A stretch of DNA of 63,938 bases, the filler included, from Octopus bimaculoides (Eukaryota), in assembly GCF_001194135.2 (NCBI RefSeq). It is 4 parts of 4 records of this genome, joined end to end, with 100 filler letters (N's around TTAATTAATTAA, not from the genome) between each part and the next. Parts side by side here need not be neighbours in the genome. Positions count along the whole stretch, not along the records: positions 26,621 to 41,698 come from NC_068981.1; positions 41,799 to 62,590 come from NC_068995.1; 2 more parts are not named here. The stretch is one strand, 5' to 3'. The position numbers and the translations under genes are program-made. Under the pieces are notes generated by a model. That model was not told where the DNA came from, made no database searches, and was given only the letters and a program-made list of their open reading frames with translations. Shown here piece after piece: positions 37,763 through 51,170 of this stretch (the first letter of the stretch is position 1; each line of letters opens with the position of its first letter).

Positions 37763-37834
<72 letters not shown>

Positions 37835-38779
37835 NNNNNNNNNNNNNNNNNNNNNNNNNNNNNNNNNNNNNNNNNNNNNNNNNNNNNNNNNNNNNNNNNN
37901 NNNNNNNNNNNNNNNNNNNNNNNNNNNNNNNNNNNNNNNNNNNNNNNNNNNNNNNNNNNNNNNNNNNNNNNNNNNNNNNNNNNNNNNNNNNNNNNNNNNN
38001 NNNNNNNNNNNNNNNNNNNNNNNNNNNNNNNNNNNNNNNNNNNNNNNNNNNNNNNNNNNNNNNNNNNNNNNNNNNNNNNNNNNNNNNNNNNNNNNNNNNN
38101 NNNNNNNNNNNNNNNNNNNNNNNNNNNNNNNNNNNNNNNNNNNNNNNNNNNNNNNNNNNNNNNNNNNNNNNNNNNNNNNNNNNNNNNNNNNNNNNNNNNN
38201 NNNNNNNNNNNNNNNNNNNNNNNNNNNNNNNNNNNNNNNNNNNNNNNNNNNNNNNNNNNNNNNNNNNNNNNNNNNNNNNNNNNNNNNNNNNNNNNNNNNN
38301 NNNNNNNNNNNNNNNNNNNNNNNNNNNNNNNNNNNNNNNNNNNNNNNNNNNNNNNNNNNNNNNNNNNNNNNNNNNNNNNNNNNNNNNNNNNNNNNNNNNN
38401 NNNNNNNNNNNNNNNNNNNNNNNNNNNNNNNNNNNNNNNNNNNNNNNNNNNNNNNNNNNNNNNNNNNNNNNNNNNNNNNNNNNNNNNNNNNNNNNNNNNN
38501 NNNNNNNNNNNNNNNNNNNNNNNNNNNNNNNNNNNNNNNNNNNNNNNNNNNNNNNNNNNNNNNNNNNNNNNNNNNNNNNNNNNNNNNNNNNNNNNNNNNN
38601 NNNNNNNNNNNNNNNNNNNNNNNNNNNNNNNNNNNNNNNNNNNNNNNNNNNNNNNNNNNNNNNNNNNNNNNNNNNNNNNNNNNNNNNNNNNNNNNNNNNN
38701 NNNNNNNNNNNNNNNNNNNNNNNNNNNNNNNNNNNNNGCTAACGATTCTGCCAGCTCGCCGCCTTAACTCTCGCTAATA

Positions 38780-38992
38780 TTGGTTTCAAATTTCGGCACA
38801 AGGTAGTTTCGGGGATGGAGGTAAGTCGATTACATCAACCCTAGGACTCAACTGGTATTTATTTTATCCATTCCGAAATGATGAAAGACAGAGCCGACCT
38901 CGGCGGAATTTGAACTCAGAACGTAAAGACGGGCGAAATGCCGCTAGGTATTCTGCCCGACGCTGTAACGGTTTTGCCAGCTCGCTGCCTTG
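38780..38992 (-). mobile_element. SINE family A
   Basis: ccgacctcggcggaatttgaactcagaacgtaaagacgggcgaaatgccgcta. Confidence 0.9.
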
Positions 38993-39049
38993 AATATGTA
39001 TAAATATTGCTCCATCTCCATCGATCTGGCAGACACATGACTGACTATA

Positions 39050-39214
39050 TGTTGTGTCGATGCCCCCAGGCGAAGAAGTAGGATCTCCCAAGACATGTAA
39101 ATAGAGGTAGTCTGGCCGTGGTAGGAGTGTTGAGTAGCAGTCGAGTAGCAGTTGTGTAGCGGTTGAGTAGAGATTATCTGAAGGTGCTAGATAGCAGTAG
39201 CTTGAGACATAACA
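39050..39214. mobile_element. Short solo LTR (165 bp) with 5-bp TSD
   Basis: ctata|TGTTGTG...ACATAACA|ctata: TG..CA ends, TGTT/AACA inverted termini, identical CTATA flanks. Confidence 0.8.
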
Positions 39215-39509
39215 CTATATTTCATTGCAGAGATCAAATAAGAGCGAAACATATGCTGAGATGTCACCGTGTTTTCCAAAAGTCACACTATTCTCTCCCT
39301 CACCGCAGCGAATATTTCCAGTTTTAATTAGTTGGGATTGTGATGCATCATCCCACTACCTTTTTTTCTGCGCTTTGCCTTTGGTTAATTTAAGTATAGA
39401 TGTAGACATGGTTGTATGGGCAAGAAGCTTTTCAATACGAATTGTCTTCTCATTTCCCTTTGCAAACTCCTGTAATCTACTGATTGGTTCAGTGCCCAGC
39501 TCTGGTGTT

Positions 39510-40102
39510 TGTGGCACTGAGCCGAAACTGGCTCAATGTCACAGAACAGCTACTTCGAGAAGTTAACGTGCAAGTGGTTGAGTACTTCACAGACACGCGT
39601 ACCCTTAACGTAGATTTCAGAGAGAGATTCAGCCTGACATAAGATGTGACAACATAAGGCGGCGAGCTGGCAGAAACGTTAGCACGCCGGGCGAAATGCT
39701 TAGCGGTATTTCGTCTGCCGCTATGTTCTGAGTTCAAATTCCGCCGAGGTCGACTTCACCTTTCATCCTTTCGGGGTCGATAAATTAAGTACCAGTTACG
39801 CACTGGGGGTCGATGTAATCGACTTAATCCCTTTGTCTGTCCTTGTTTGTCCGCTCTTTGTTTAGCCCCTTGTGGGCAATAAAAAAACATAAATTAAAAA
39901 TAAAATTTTTTTAAAATAATAAAAAAAGATGTGACAACGCTGGCCCTTTGAAATACAGGAACTACCCGTTTTTGCCAGCTAGGTGGACTGGAACAACGCG
40001 AAATAAAGTGTCTTGTTCAAAGGCACAACGCGCTACCGGTTATCGAACCCATGACCTTATGACTGCGAGGCAAATACCCCAAACAGTAAGCCACGCGCCT
40101 TC
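39510..40102 (-). mobile_element. SINE family C2 split by a family A insertion
   Basis: The two halves rejoin across the duplicated aagatgtgacaac. Confidence 0.85.
39654..39925 (+). mobile_element. Young full-length SINE family A with 13-bp TSD
   Basis: TSD aagatgtgacaac at 39641-39653 and 39926-39938; A-rich tail. Confidence 0.92.
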
Positions 40103-40230
40103 ACGAACCGAAACTAATGTTGGAGATGTTAACATTTAGTATTGGCAAGGAAATGCGCTGTGCGCTTCTGTTAATACATTAAATAGATTGCTCCATGAAG
40201 AACTATCTTTACTAATGAAATTACATCGTA

Positions 40231-40231
<1 letters not shown>

Positions 40232-40297
<66 letters not shown>

Positions 40298-40305
40298 ACA
40301 GCAGC

Positions 40306-40348
<43 letters not shown>

Positions 40349-40934
40349 NNNNNNNNNNNNNNNNNNNNNNNNNNNNNNNNNNNNNNNNNNNNNNNNNNNN
40401 NNNNNNNNNNNNNNNNNNNNNNNNNNNNNNNNNNNNNNNNNNNNNNNNNNNNNNNNNNNNNNNNNNNNNNNNNNNNNNNNNNNNNNNNNNNNNNNNNNNN
40501 NNNNNNNNNNNNNNNNNNNNNNNNNNNNNNNNNNNNNNNNNNNNNNNNNNNNNNNNNNNNNNNNNNNNNNNNNNNNNNNNNNNNNNNNNNNNNNNNNNNN
40601 NNNNNNNNNNNNNNNNNNNNNNNNNNNNNNNNNNNNNNNNNNNNNNNNNNNNNNNNNNNNNNNNNNNNNNNNNNNNNNNNNNNNNNNNNNNNNNNNNNNN
40701 NNNNNNNNNNNNNNNNNNNNNNNNNNNNNNNNNNNNNNNNNNNNNNNNNNNNNNNNNNNNNNNNNNNNNNNNNNNNNNNNNNNNNNNNNNNNNNNNNNNN
40801 NNNNNNNNNNNNNNNNNNNNNNNNNNNNNNNNNNNNNNNNNNNNNNNNNNNNNNNNNNNNNNNNNNNNNNNNNNNNNNNNNNNNNNNNNNNNNNNNNNNN
40901 NNNNGTTGTTGTTGTTGTTGTTGCTGTTGTTGTT

Positions 40935-40970
<36 letters not shown>

Positions 40971-40974
40971 ACAA

Positions 40975-41007
<33 letters not shown>

Positions 41008-41016
41008 TAGTAACAA

Positions 41017-41055
<39 letters not shown>

Positions 41056-41090
41056 TGGTAGTAGTAGTAGTATGGGGTGGAAGGGGTGTG
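40232..41090. repeat. Compound (GTA)n/(GTT)n/(GCA)n trinucleotide array with gap
   Basis: Direct. Confidence 0.95.
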
Positions 41091-41489
41091 ATGATGGTTA
41101 TGGTGGTGGTGGTGGCGGGAGACGAGGAGGATAATTAAACGCTAACTTCTGGGACATTTTTCAGTACCCTACTAACTTGCCACCCGGTATCATCATCATC
41201 GTCGTCAACATTATTTTAATGTCCACTTGTCCATGCTAACATGAATCAGTTGAAATTTTCGTTTTTTCTTTTTTTTTTTAGGTAGGTTTCTGCAACCAGA
41301 TGTTCTACCTGTCGCCAACCTTCACCTATATCCAAGCAAGATATTTCCCCATTGCCAGACATATTCTCGCAAAATATTGGAAATGACACTGCTTGTATGA
41401 CCATGACACTCTTTTACAACTATCACATAATATAAATACAAGAAGACACAAATATACAGACGCTCACACACACACACACATATATGTAA

Positions 41490-41527
<38 letters not shown>

Positions 41528-41698
41528 TTGTTATTTACTTGTTTCAGTCATTTGACTGTGGCCATGCTGGAGCACCGACTTGAAAGGTTCGGTCGAACAA
41601 ATCGACCCTAGTACTCATTTTTTTTTAAATCTGGTACTTATTATATCAGTCTGCTTTGCCGACCACTAAGTTACGGGGATGTAAACAAACCAACAATG
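41528..41698 (-). mobile_element. SINE family B 3' half
   Basis: tacttgtttcagtcatttgactgtggccatgctggagcacc...ctaagttacgggga. Confidence 0.85.
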
Positions 41699-41959
41699 NN
41701 NNNNNNNNNNNNNNNNNNNNNNNNNNNNNNNNNNNNNNNNNNTTAATTAATTAANNNNNNNNNNNNNNNNNNNNNNNNNNNNNNNNNNNNNNNNNNNNCT
41801 CTTCATTAGGGCTTGAGCCCAACAATAATATTTCATGCATTGAGTAGATATTAAATTTTGTTAAACTTGAACAATATTTTTCAATCAATTAACAATTTTC
41901 ATCAAAACAATGATATAATTTGTCAACTTGGAACTCATTGCAAAGCTGCATGATAAATA

Positions 41960-42385
41960 TTCGGGGGTCAGTACAATTTTCTTTCTTTCTTTTTTTCTTT
42001 CTTTCTTATTTTATCGAGTCCGATAGGATGAAAGGCAAAGTCGACATCAGTGGGATTTGAACTCAGAACGTAAAGTCAGACGAAATACCACTAAGCATTT
42101 TGCCCAGCCTGCTAACGATTCTGCCAGCTCTCCGCTTTAAGCACTTAAGAGATATTGATTTCAAATTTTGGCACAAGGCCGGCGATTTCAGGGGAGAGAT
42201 TAAATCGATTACTCAACTGGTACTTTATTTCATCGAACTCGACAAAGTGAAGGGCAAACTCAACCAAGTCAGAATTTGAACATGAAGATTAACGAAATGC
42301 GTAAATCTTCAGAGCATGAAGATTAACGAAATGCCGCTAAGTATTTTGCGCAACGTATTAGCGATTCTGCTAGCTCGTCGCCTTA
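41960..42385 (-). mobile_element. Two head-to-tail family A SINEs; the second has an internal duplication
   Basis: gatgaaaggcaaagtcgac..; catgaagattaacgaaatgc is repeated at ~42281 and ~42316. Confidence 0.8.
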
Positions 42386-42689
42386 AAAACATTAGAAATA
42401 TTAATCACTGTTTCTCATAGATCTCTGTTAAAAAATGGTTTCGAATACAAAATGACGATAGGAGTTCAATGAACCTAGAAGTTTGGATGTGTATTTTGAG
42501 TAATAAATCAATGGAAGTGCATGTATTTTATTTTGAAGGAATATGCAAATACACGCTTGTATGACGTACAGGTTTATTTCCCCGGGTCTCCCCCACTCCA
42601 CTCCCATCCTCTCTCTTTCTTCGTTTCTTCCTCTATTTCACTTGTAATTTAACTAACATTTACTCCCTGCCCGTATGGCTGCCTTACAG

Positions 42690-42930
42690 TCGTCCTCCTC
42701 CTCTTCCTCCTACTCCATCATCATCATCAACATCATCATCATCATCATCATCATTATCATCATCATCATCATCATCATCACCATCATCACCATCGTCGTC
42801 GTCATCGTTGTTGTCGTTATCATAATCATTAACATCATCATCAACCTCGTCGACGTCATCATCATCATCGTCGTCGTCGTCGTCATCATCATCATCATCT
42901 TCTTCATCGTCTTCTTCGTCTGTTTCTTCT
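42690..42930. repeat. Degenerate (CAT)n/(CGT)n trinucleotide repeat
   Basis: Direct; followed by (TG)n. Confidence 0.9.
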
Positions 42931-42980
42931 CTTCCTACTCCTACTCCACTCCTCTCTCTTTCCGTATTTCTATGCATGTA

Positions 42981-43040
<60 letters not shown>

Positions 43041-44091
43041 TGCGTATGTGTGCATACGTGCCTATATGTATGTGTAGGTCAGTGTATGTATGTATGTATT
43101 TATCTATGTGCTGGCTGGTGAGCAATTATCTCTAAAGGTGTGACAGACAGCGGTTATACGCTCAGAACCAATTGACAACAAACTACTGAGGTGTTTTATT
43201 GGATGTGTGTAGACATTGGCAGGAAAAAAAAAATTATACAAAGCCAGACAAAAGCAAAAAACAAAGAGAAAGCTGAGATGAAACAAATCTAAAAATGATA
43301 AATGCCAGTCTGCAAGGAAGCTCTTTATATATTGTCGTCTCATATTATTTATATTATTTGTCTATTCCGAATGGCTGGGAAGAAAAATGCTGAAGGTTTT
43401 GTATTGTTTCCTCTCGTCTTCTCCACAATGTCCGTTGTTGTCTTGTTTCTCAATTATTTCAGCTTCCATAAATATATTCGACCAGTTCATATATAATTAT
43501 TTTAAAAGTGTCTTCTTTCTGTTTCAGCGTCACTCTTCCTCCAGTCTTTTGATCATTTCTCATCTCCATCAGTCACCTATGCAAATCCTGTTTTACCTTT
43601 CAACAACTCTAAATTTTATAGTCTGTCTGTCTCTTTCTCTCACCTTCTCCGATATATACATACATACATACATACATACATACATTGACACAAACACAAA
43701 TACAAACAGACTGACCAACATATATGTAGTANNNNNNNNNNNNNNNNNNNNNNNNNNNNNNNNNNNNNNNNNNNNNNNNNNNNNNNNNNNNNNNNNNNNN
43801 NNNNNNNNNNNNNNNNNNNNNNNNNNNNNNNNNNNNNNNNNNNNNNNNNNNNNNNNNNNNNNNNNNNNNNNNNNNNNNNNNNNNNNNNNNNNNNNNNNNN
43901 NNNNNNNNNNNNNNNNNNNNNNNNNNNNNNNNNNNNNNNNNNNNNNNNNNNNNNNNNNNNNNNNNNNNNNNNNNNNNNNNNNNNNNNNNNNNNNNNNNNN
44001 NNNNNNNNNNNNNNNNNNNNNNNNNNNNNNNNNNNNNNNNNNNNNNNNNNNNNNNNNNNNNNNNNNNNNNNNNNNNNNNNNNNNNATATAT

Positions 44092-44132
<41 letters not shown>

Positions 44133-44629
44133 CATACACACACACATATATATATGTATATATATATTGTGAACATGCATGCACACACACACGTACACAC
44201 ATATAAGTATATATACATACAGGCATACATACATATACATACATACATATATATATATACATAATATACTCCCACCCCCGTCACGATGATGCAGTCGGCC
44301 TCTTGCATTAGTTGCAGCTCAAATATTAGACTGAGACCGACACGTGTGGGCTTTTGCAGCAGGCGCGCGGATCGGAGCTTTCGGTGGCTTCACGCCCTTC
44401 GATTTTAGTGACTGTATATATACATATATACATATATATATATATTTATATATATATGTACATATATATATCACAGTATCATTCAAACTACCAGATGTTG
44501 CTATACAGCACTTGTCACAATGTACTTCACATTGTTTTAGCTTTTGAATGATGCTACCCCGCAGGCCAGGTGCATAGGCCAATATTCTGCGCGAACGAAA
44601 CGTTAGGCCGTCGAAAGATTACCAATTTA

Positions 44630-44762
44630 CAGGCGAATGTACTGGAACATAGTTAAATGAAGTATTATACCCATGAAAAACAACGCGGAGCCACTCTGCG
44701 AATAGAAACTACGATCTCACGATCGTGAGTGCAACACCCTAGCCACTTGGCCACGCATCCGC
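44630..44762 (-). mobile_element. C2-type SINE head fragment
   Basis: Reverse complement gcggatgcgtggccaagtggctagggtgttgcactcacgatcgtgagatcgtagtttctattc is a tRNA-like head. Confidence 0.6.
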
Positions 44763-45359
44763 ACAAACACACACACAAACATACACACACAAACGTACGC
44801 ACACATGCACATATACATATACATGCACATACATACATGTGTGTTGTTTGTTTTTGTGTATATACGTGCACGCGCGCGTTAGTAACCACACAGCTGCCAT
44901 GCTTTACATCTAGGTACACAGAATTTGAAATTACGACATTTCAGCGGTTTATGATATATTACTGTTCCTGTTTATGTTAACTACCACGTCACATCAATTG
45001 GCAATTTTCATATACTGTCCACTTTGGTGTCTGATGGTGGCTGCAACCTGTGTATATATTTATTTATTATGCGCATATTTTTGCGAGAAATATAGGTTTA
45101 TGTCCGTAGTATAAATATATATTTTAATATGATACCTGTTTTATTTTCAAGTGTCATTTAGCTTGCATAACAATACATTATATCATATTATAGTACATTA
45201 TGTGCCTTGTATTATAGTATATTACATTGTATTGTATAATATTATATTATAACACTTAATTGATGTAATTTGATACCATATTCGGATTTATTGAGCCGTT
45301 TGGTGGACGTTATACGAAAATATAATAGACTTGTATTTTGGGAATATTTCCGTGCGTGT

Positions 45360-45657
45360 AGAGAGAGAGAGGGAGAGAGAGAGACGGAGAGAGAGAGAGG
45401 GAGAGAGAGAGAGAGAGAGAGAGATAGAGAGAGAAAGAGAGTGTGTGTATTTGCATGTATGTATGTATGTATATGTATGTTTGTACATGTATGTATGCCT
45501 ATATGTGTGTACGCATGTATGTATATATGTATGCATGTATGTATGGATGGATGCATGCATGTATGTATGTATGTATGTATGTATGTTTGTATGCATGTAT
45601 GTATGTATGTATGTATATTTGTATGCATGTATGCATGCATGCATGTATGTATGTATG

Positions 45658-45689
<32 letters not shown>

Positions 45690-45730
45690 AATGTGTGTGT
45701 GTGTGTGTGTATGTATGTATTTATGTATGT
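45360..45730. repeat. (GA)n followed by degenerate (TATG)n
   Basis: Direct. Confidence 0.9.
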
Positions 45731-46078
45731 TTATCATATTCTAGTGATGTACAGATGTTTCTTTATGCTGACCTCATTTGTCATCCCATTTATTGAAAGT
45801 CCTATGGCGATGGAAGAGTGGTGATGTGTGCAGAACTAACTGGTTGCAAGCGGTCATTAAGTTACAAATTTCAGCTGTCACTGATGCTTCAAACAATGCA
45901 TATGAATAGTCATCTTAGGAGTCATGGCTGGAAAGTCAGAAATGCCACTGGCAACGAAGAAGCAAGAGGAAAGACAGCTATCATTTGTGAAGATGAATAA
46001 ATCACAATGTATGTATACATGCATGAAAATATTAGGACTTGTGTATGCGTGTGTTTGTAGAGAGAGAGAGAGGTAGGC

Positions 46079-46190
46079 AGGCGCAATATGGCCGAATGTT
46101 TAATAAGATGGGTTTGTAACCATGACGTTCCAGATTCAATCCCACTGCGTGGCACTTAGGGCGTTTGCCATATTTTTGTAGCCTCAGATC
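46079..46190 (+). mobile_element. SINE family B head (decayed)
   Basis: aggcgcaatatggcc...ttcaatcccactgcgtggcac. Confidence 0.65.
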
Positions 46191-46324
46191 CCCACGTACA
46201 GGGCATTCGGGCTAACTTTAACAATTTGTTATATCTCCTTTTTCCACAAACAGCTTGATGTATTGGTGAACAGTCAACGTTGGAGAGCATAAAGATTGGA
46301 GTTGTAGTTGAGAAAAAGTTAGCT

Positions 46325-46740
46325 GACATGGAGCACTGGAAGCCATCTGACAATTGGAAAATAATTAACTACATCATGCTGTTTTGCACCGAATATCAAA
46401 AATGCTGACCACATGACTGCTGCTTAACGCTCTGTAAACATTGTAATGGTTGTAAGACGTGACATGGACAGCAAGCGACTGTGACTACGAAGTCGTGGCT
46501 AGCATGAACTCTGATGATCTTTGGGTATGTCTGCAGTGAATGTGATGTTATGCCGCCCCACATTATTGATAAAGGGTCTTATGCTCAATTCAGACGGATA
46601 TGAGAATATGCTAGAGACTGTGGTCAAACAGAATAATTGCTGAAGAGTATTGCCATATATGTGGTAACAAGATCCGTCTCCTTGCTACACCTCCAGAAAG
46701 AGTTAGACGTGGTTGTTGAAGAATATGGTCATTTCTCTCC
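46325..46740 (+). mobile_element. Internally deleted Tc1/mariner-superfamily transposase remnant
   Basis: MEHWKPSDNWK..., DCDYEVVAS, FGYVCSECDVMPPHII.KGLMLNSDGY..MLETVVK and YVW*QDPSPCYTSRKS (QQDSAPCHTS motif). Confidence 0.7.
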
Positions 46741-46877
46741 ACTTATCCCTTCTCAAGAAGAATTGGGATTGAGGCAGCATTGTGCGTATATGTTTATTTT
46801 GATTATATTTTCATTATTATCGGCCACACGTACGCACACGCGCGCACACACACACTTACACACGCACACACACATAC

Positions 46878-47047
46878 ATACGTCGATCTTATTCCAGTTT
46901 CCGTCAACCAAATGTACTGCCAAGGCTTTCGTCGTCCCGTGGCTACAGTAGAAGACACTTTCCCAAGGTGCCGCGCAGTGTGACTGAAGCCATCCTGAAC
47001 CATGTGGTTGGGGAGCAAGCTTCCTACCACACAGCCACACCTGCGAC
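46878..47047 (-). mobile_element. SINE family B 5' half
   Basis: gtagaagacactttcccaaggtgccgcgcagtg...aaccatgtggttgg..agcaagct.cctaccacacagccacacctgcg. Confidence 0.85.
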
Positions 47048-47409
47048 ATGGGAAGATTCGTTTCCTCAACTAGACTGAGACTGCGCTAACATCGTATTTC
47101 TTCGCTTATATTCGAACAGCACTTTAGCTCAGAAGCTTGTGGCTCGGACAAAAACACCTCTTTATGTGGTAGTAATGTTATTGATGTCTAACTCCTCCAA
47201 ATTTATTCGTGCAGAAATGTGCTCAACGACATTATAGACGTAACTGTTCCATGTTTTGTTCTATACACAGGACTACATTATTCAATGAGTCCTTTCTTAT
47301 TTAATACAGTAGGGCGTGATTTGAGGGATATTTGGCTGCTATATCTAGCAGATTAAAGAACTTCGCGGAGGTTATCATATTTGCTCGTCGCTGTTAGTGT
47401 TGCTAATAT

Positions 47410-47605
47410 TTGTCAAAATTTGGCACAAGGCCAGCAATTTCGGGGTTGCGTACTTCGATTACTTCGACCCCGGTGCTGTACTGGTACTTATTTCAACGAA
47501 CCCGAAAGGATGAAAAGTAAAGTCGACCTCAGCCTCGGCGGAAGTTGAACTCAGAACGAAGGAGGAACGAAATGCCGCTAAACATTTTGCCGGTTTGCCG
47601 CCTTA
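47410..47605 (-). mobile_element. SINE family A
   Basis: ttggcacaaggccagcaatttcgggg...cccgaaaggatgaaaagtaaagtcgacctc. Confidence 0.85.
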
Positions 47606-49224
47606 GTGTTGTTCCTTATATTAATGATGGAAATGGTGATGCTGTTGTTCTTCTAAATGCTATCTTATTCTATATTGCCCAAGGTATTGTTGTTGTTATT
47701 GCTCTTGTTTTATCGCTGTTACTGTCATTCTCACCGCTGTTATTGACGCAGCAGCGATTATATAATCAACAACCAAAAGACACAGATAAAGTCAAATGCA
47801 GTTTATACACATACTCCTCGTTGCCGTCAAGTGCCAACGGATAAATGGTCTTCGAGTACAATTACCACCTGTGGTGGATCCACATTGCTGTGAATTCCTT
47901 GTCTCAATCATCCATATGGTGTACAAAAGTGCCCCAACTGACAACTAAAATAAGGATTGCACTCTCCAAAGTATGGACACCGTTTAGCTGACATATCCTG
48001 TCAAATATTCTTGACCAACATTGGTCTCAACTAAATGTCATTTATCAAATTCGATCAGCCCCAGAATACTCAAGATATGCACCACGCATTTCACGCCAGA
48101 TCGTAAAACTGAAAAAAAAAAAAAGTGTGGAATTTATGGTGTTTCATTAGCACCAACGGGCACTCTAGCTGCCCAGCTATAACACCCTATAAAGGAGCTG
48201 TGTGACCGGCAAAGCGTATCTGCCACTGCATTTGCTACGTGTACCCTTTTTCATCACAAAACCAAACCGTGAGTCAATCTTGGCAAAATCTTGTTTGCCA
48301 GCCGAATCTGGCCAAATCTGTTAAAGGAAAGAAAACAATGTGAGAAGGGCCACATCTGGAATAACTTTGATCATTAGTCAGACAGATCGTGAATGACTTG
48401 GATCTACACAATTAACCAACTACAACCTTCTTATATGGCATTCTGTCATACAATATCTCTTTTTGAAACGAAATCACTTCAAACAACGACTGAATCGTAA
48501 ACGTCGATCTCAAACAACGGCTGAACCTTAAACGTCAAACTTGCAGTCCTCCATCCAGCCATCGACTTCATTTCACTTTCATTATCTATTTAGAAAGCCA
48601 TGAACTACATTACATTTTATTTATCTTTCTTAAACTGTAAGGGACTGTCAACAAATCATATGTTACACTAAGTATTATTTTATTCAATAAAAAATGAAAT
48701 CTTTTGCGATAGTTCTAGAACGAAAGAAGAGGATTTGTCTTAAGGTTTTCAAGAATTATATTTTAGAGAACAACAATAAGTAGAATTAAAAAAAGGAATT
48801 CTTATTTATAATAATATAATATTTCATTCATATTTATCCAACTTGGTTGTCTGTCTTTTCTTCATCTTATTTTCTTTTTCTTTCGTCCTTTGTCTCATTG
48901 TCTTCCGACTATATTTATCCTGAAGTCCTTGGGGTGTGTCTCCATCATTGTTCCTAAGTATAGTTCATTATCTTACTATTACTTGTCCAATACGGTCAGG
49001 AATAGTTGCCAGGGTGAATATATTCAATGCGATACAACTATAGCACTTATCGCTTTTCTTGAAGAGACAAGAAATAATTGGATAGTTTTCGTGAATATGC
49101 AGGTCATACCCTTAGGGAGTTCGGCGGTTAACAGAGGACTGACTGCGCTGGCAATATTTATTGAACTACCAAGAGATTTGTCTCAGACTAAGTCATTAAA
49201 AGAAAGAAGAAAATACTAATGATA

Positions 49225-49238
49225 GTAACAGTAATGTA

Positions 49239-49323
<85 letters not shown>

Positions 49324-49335
49324 GCAATAATATCA
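49225..49335. repeat. (AAT)n microsatellite
   Basis: Direct. Confidence 0.95.
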
Positions 49336-50509
49336 AGAGCAATAATAAGTTAATATAAATTTTTCGATGCTTCATTTGTTTATCTTTAAAAGCATTGTAT
49401 TTCCTTCCACACACACCCTACTTCCTTCAGAGAAATCTTTTGTTTTTTCTTTGAAGTTGGTAATTCTTAACTAAGTTTACTCCTTCCTTGTCAGGGTTTT
49501 TGCTCCAATTACTCGATTGGGGAAAAATTTCCGTTCTATCACAGTTAACTATAGCTATACTGCTTAATCTGATAATTTCAATACTTCTCTTTGCTTAAAC
49601 ATGAAACCGACCAAACTTGAGCCTACATTACACCAAACGCTTTCTAACTAGCTATCTTTCTACGTTTATATTCTTTTCTCTATTTCATTATATTACCATA
49701 TTCTTTCTTAATTTTTCTAACTCTTTCTGATTTCTTCACTATATTCTTTTCTGTTTTATTATTATTATTATTTTCTAATTTCTTTTCTTTTCTGATCTTC
49801 GTATATTTCATTTCTCTCCTTTTAAGTTTATCATATCGCTTCTTTCTTTGCTTTCCTTTTTCTTTCCTTTCTTCTGTCTTTGGTTTCTTTTTTTTTCAAT
49901 TGCGTTCTTTCCTTTTTTTTTTTTCGTTTCTTCACGGCTCCTCTTTGAAACGCTTTTCTCATTTATTACACGAAAAAAGAAAAGACAAAAAAAGAAAAGA
50001 AAAGAAAAAAGTGGACAAAATTAAAAAGTAATATAAAAATTTAATACTGATTAAAGAAGAAAGTTTTTGCTAAAGTTTTGCATTATATTGGATTATCGGA
50101 ATATCAGAATATTGGTAATATTAGAACATTAGAATATTTCAAGATATACTAATGAAACTTTAAGGAAAAAATAACAGGTAAAATAAAATTCAAGAATATG
50201 TTATTCTCTTAAATCTTCAATGAAGAAATCTCTAAGTGGTTGCCTGAAGTGGTAGAAATAGCAGCCAAATATCCATCAAGTCATACTCTATAATCTTAAA
50301 ACGGAAACACAAATTGAATAATGTGTTTCTATACAAATTGTAACTAAGAAAAAATAGAAATAAAAAGAAAAAACAGACGCCACAAGTGATGAGATGATTA
50401 TATCTGGGACTCGTTTGATCAGTGGTTCGCTCCTCTAGTTAGGAGACAGGTCAGAAAACAGAACAACAACACTATCTATCACTTCTCAATATTCTAAGCT
50501 TGAACTTAA

Positions 50510-51170
50510 GGCAGTAAGCTGGTAGAATCGTTAGCAGGCTGGGTAAATGGCTAAGCAGATTTTCGTTCATCTTTGCATTCCGAGTTCAAATTCCGCCGAG
50601 GTCGACTTTACCTCTAAGGCGTCAAACTGGTAGAATGGTTAACTTTCCAGGCAAATGCTTAACGGCACTTCATCCCTCTTTACGTTCTAAGATCAAATTA
50701 TTTCAGGCGGCACAAGGGGAAAATGCTTAGTGGCATTTCGTCCATCTTTACGTTCTGAGTTCAAATTCCGCCGAGGTTCGCTATGTTTTTACTCTTTTCT
50801 GGGTGGATAAAGTAATACCAGTTGAGCACTGGGAGGTTGGACTTATCGACTTACCCCCACCCCTTAATTGCTGGCCTTTTGCCAAAATTTGAAACCCTTA
50901 TACTCAGCTAGATCAAAGCAGCGAGCTAGCAGAGTCGTATGCTCGTTGGCAAAATGCTTAGTGTTATTACTTTCGGCTCGTTTCGGTCTGAGTTCAAATC
51001 CTATCGAGGTTGAATTTTCTTTCATTTTTTTCGGCAGTCGATAAAATAAGTACTAGTCGATGTAATCGTCCAAACCTTCTCCCTAAAATTGATGGCATTG
51101 AGCTCAATATAATCGTCCAAGCCGTCTCCCTAAAACTGATAGCATTGCGCCAAAATTTGAAACAATATTC
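50510..51170 (+). mobile_element. Head-to-tail cluster of four family A SINE copies/fragments
   Basis: Heads recur at ~50510, ~50615, ~50705 and ~50915 (aaggc...ctgg.agaat.gtta...aaatgctta...gagttcaaat). Confidence 0.8.

Noticed and set aside
42684-43121. Acidic poly-D/E ORF (minus) and poly-I/V ORF (plus)
   Set aside because: Translation of a degenerate (CAT)n/(CGT)n repeat merging into (TG)n; no splice or domain support.
47850-48400. Unique-looking segment resembling a decayed TE coding region
   Set aside because: No recognisable motif in any frame.
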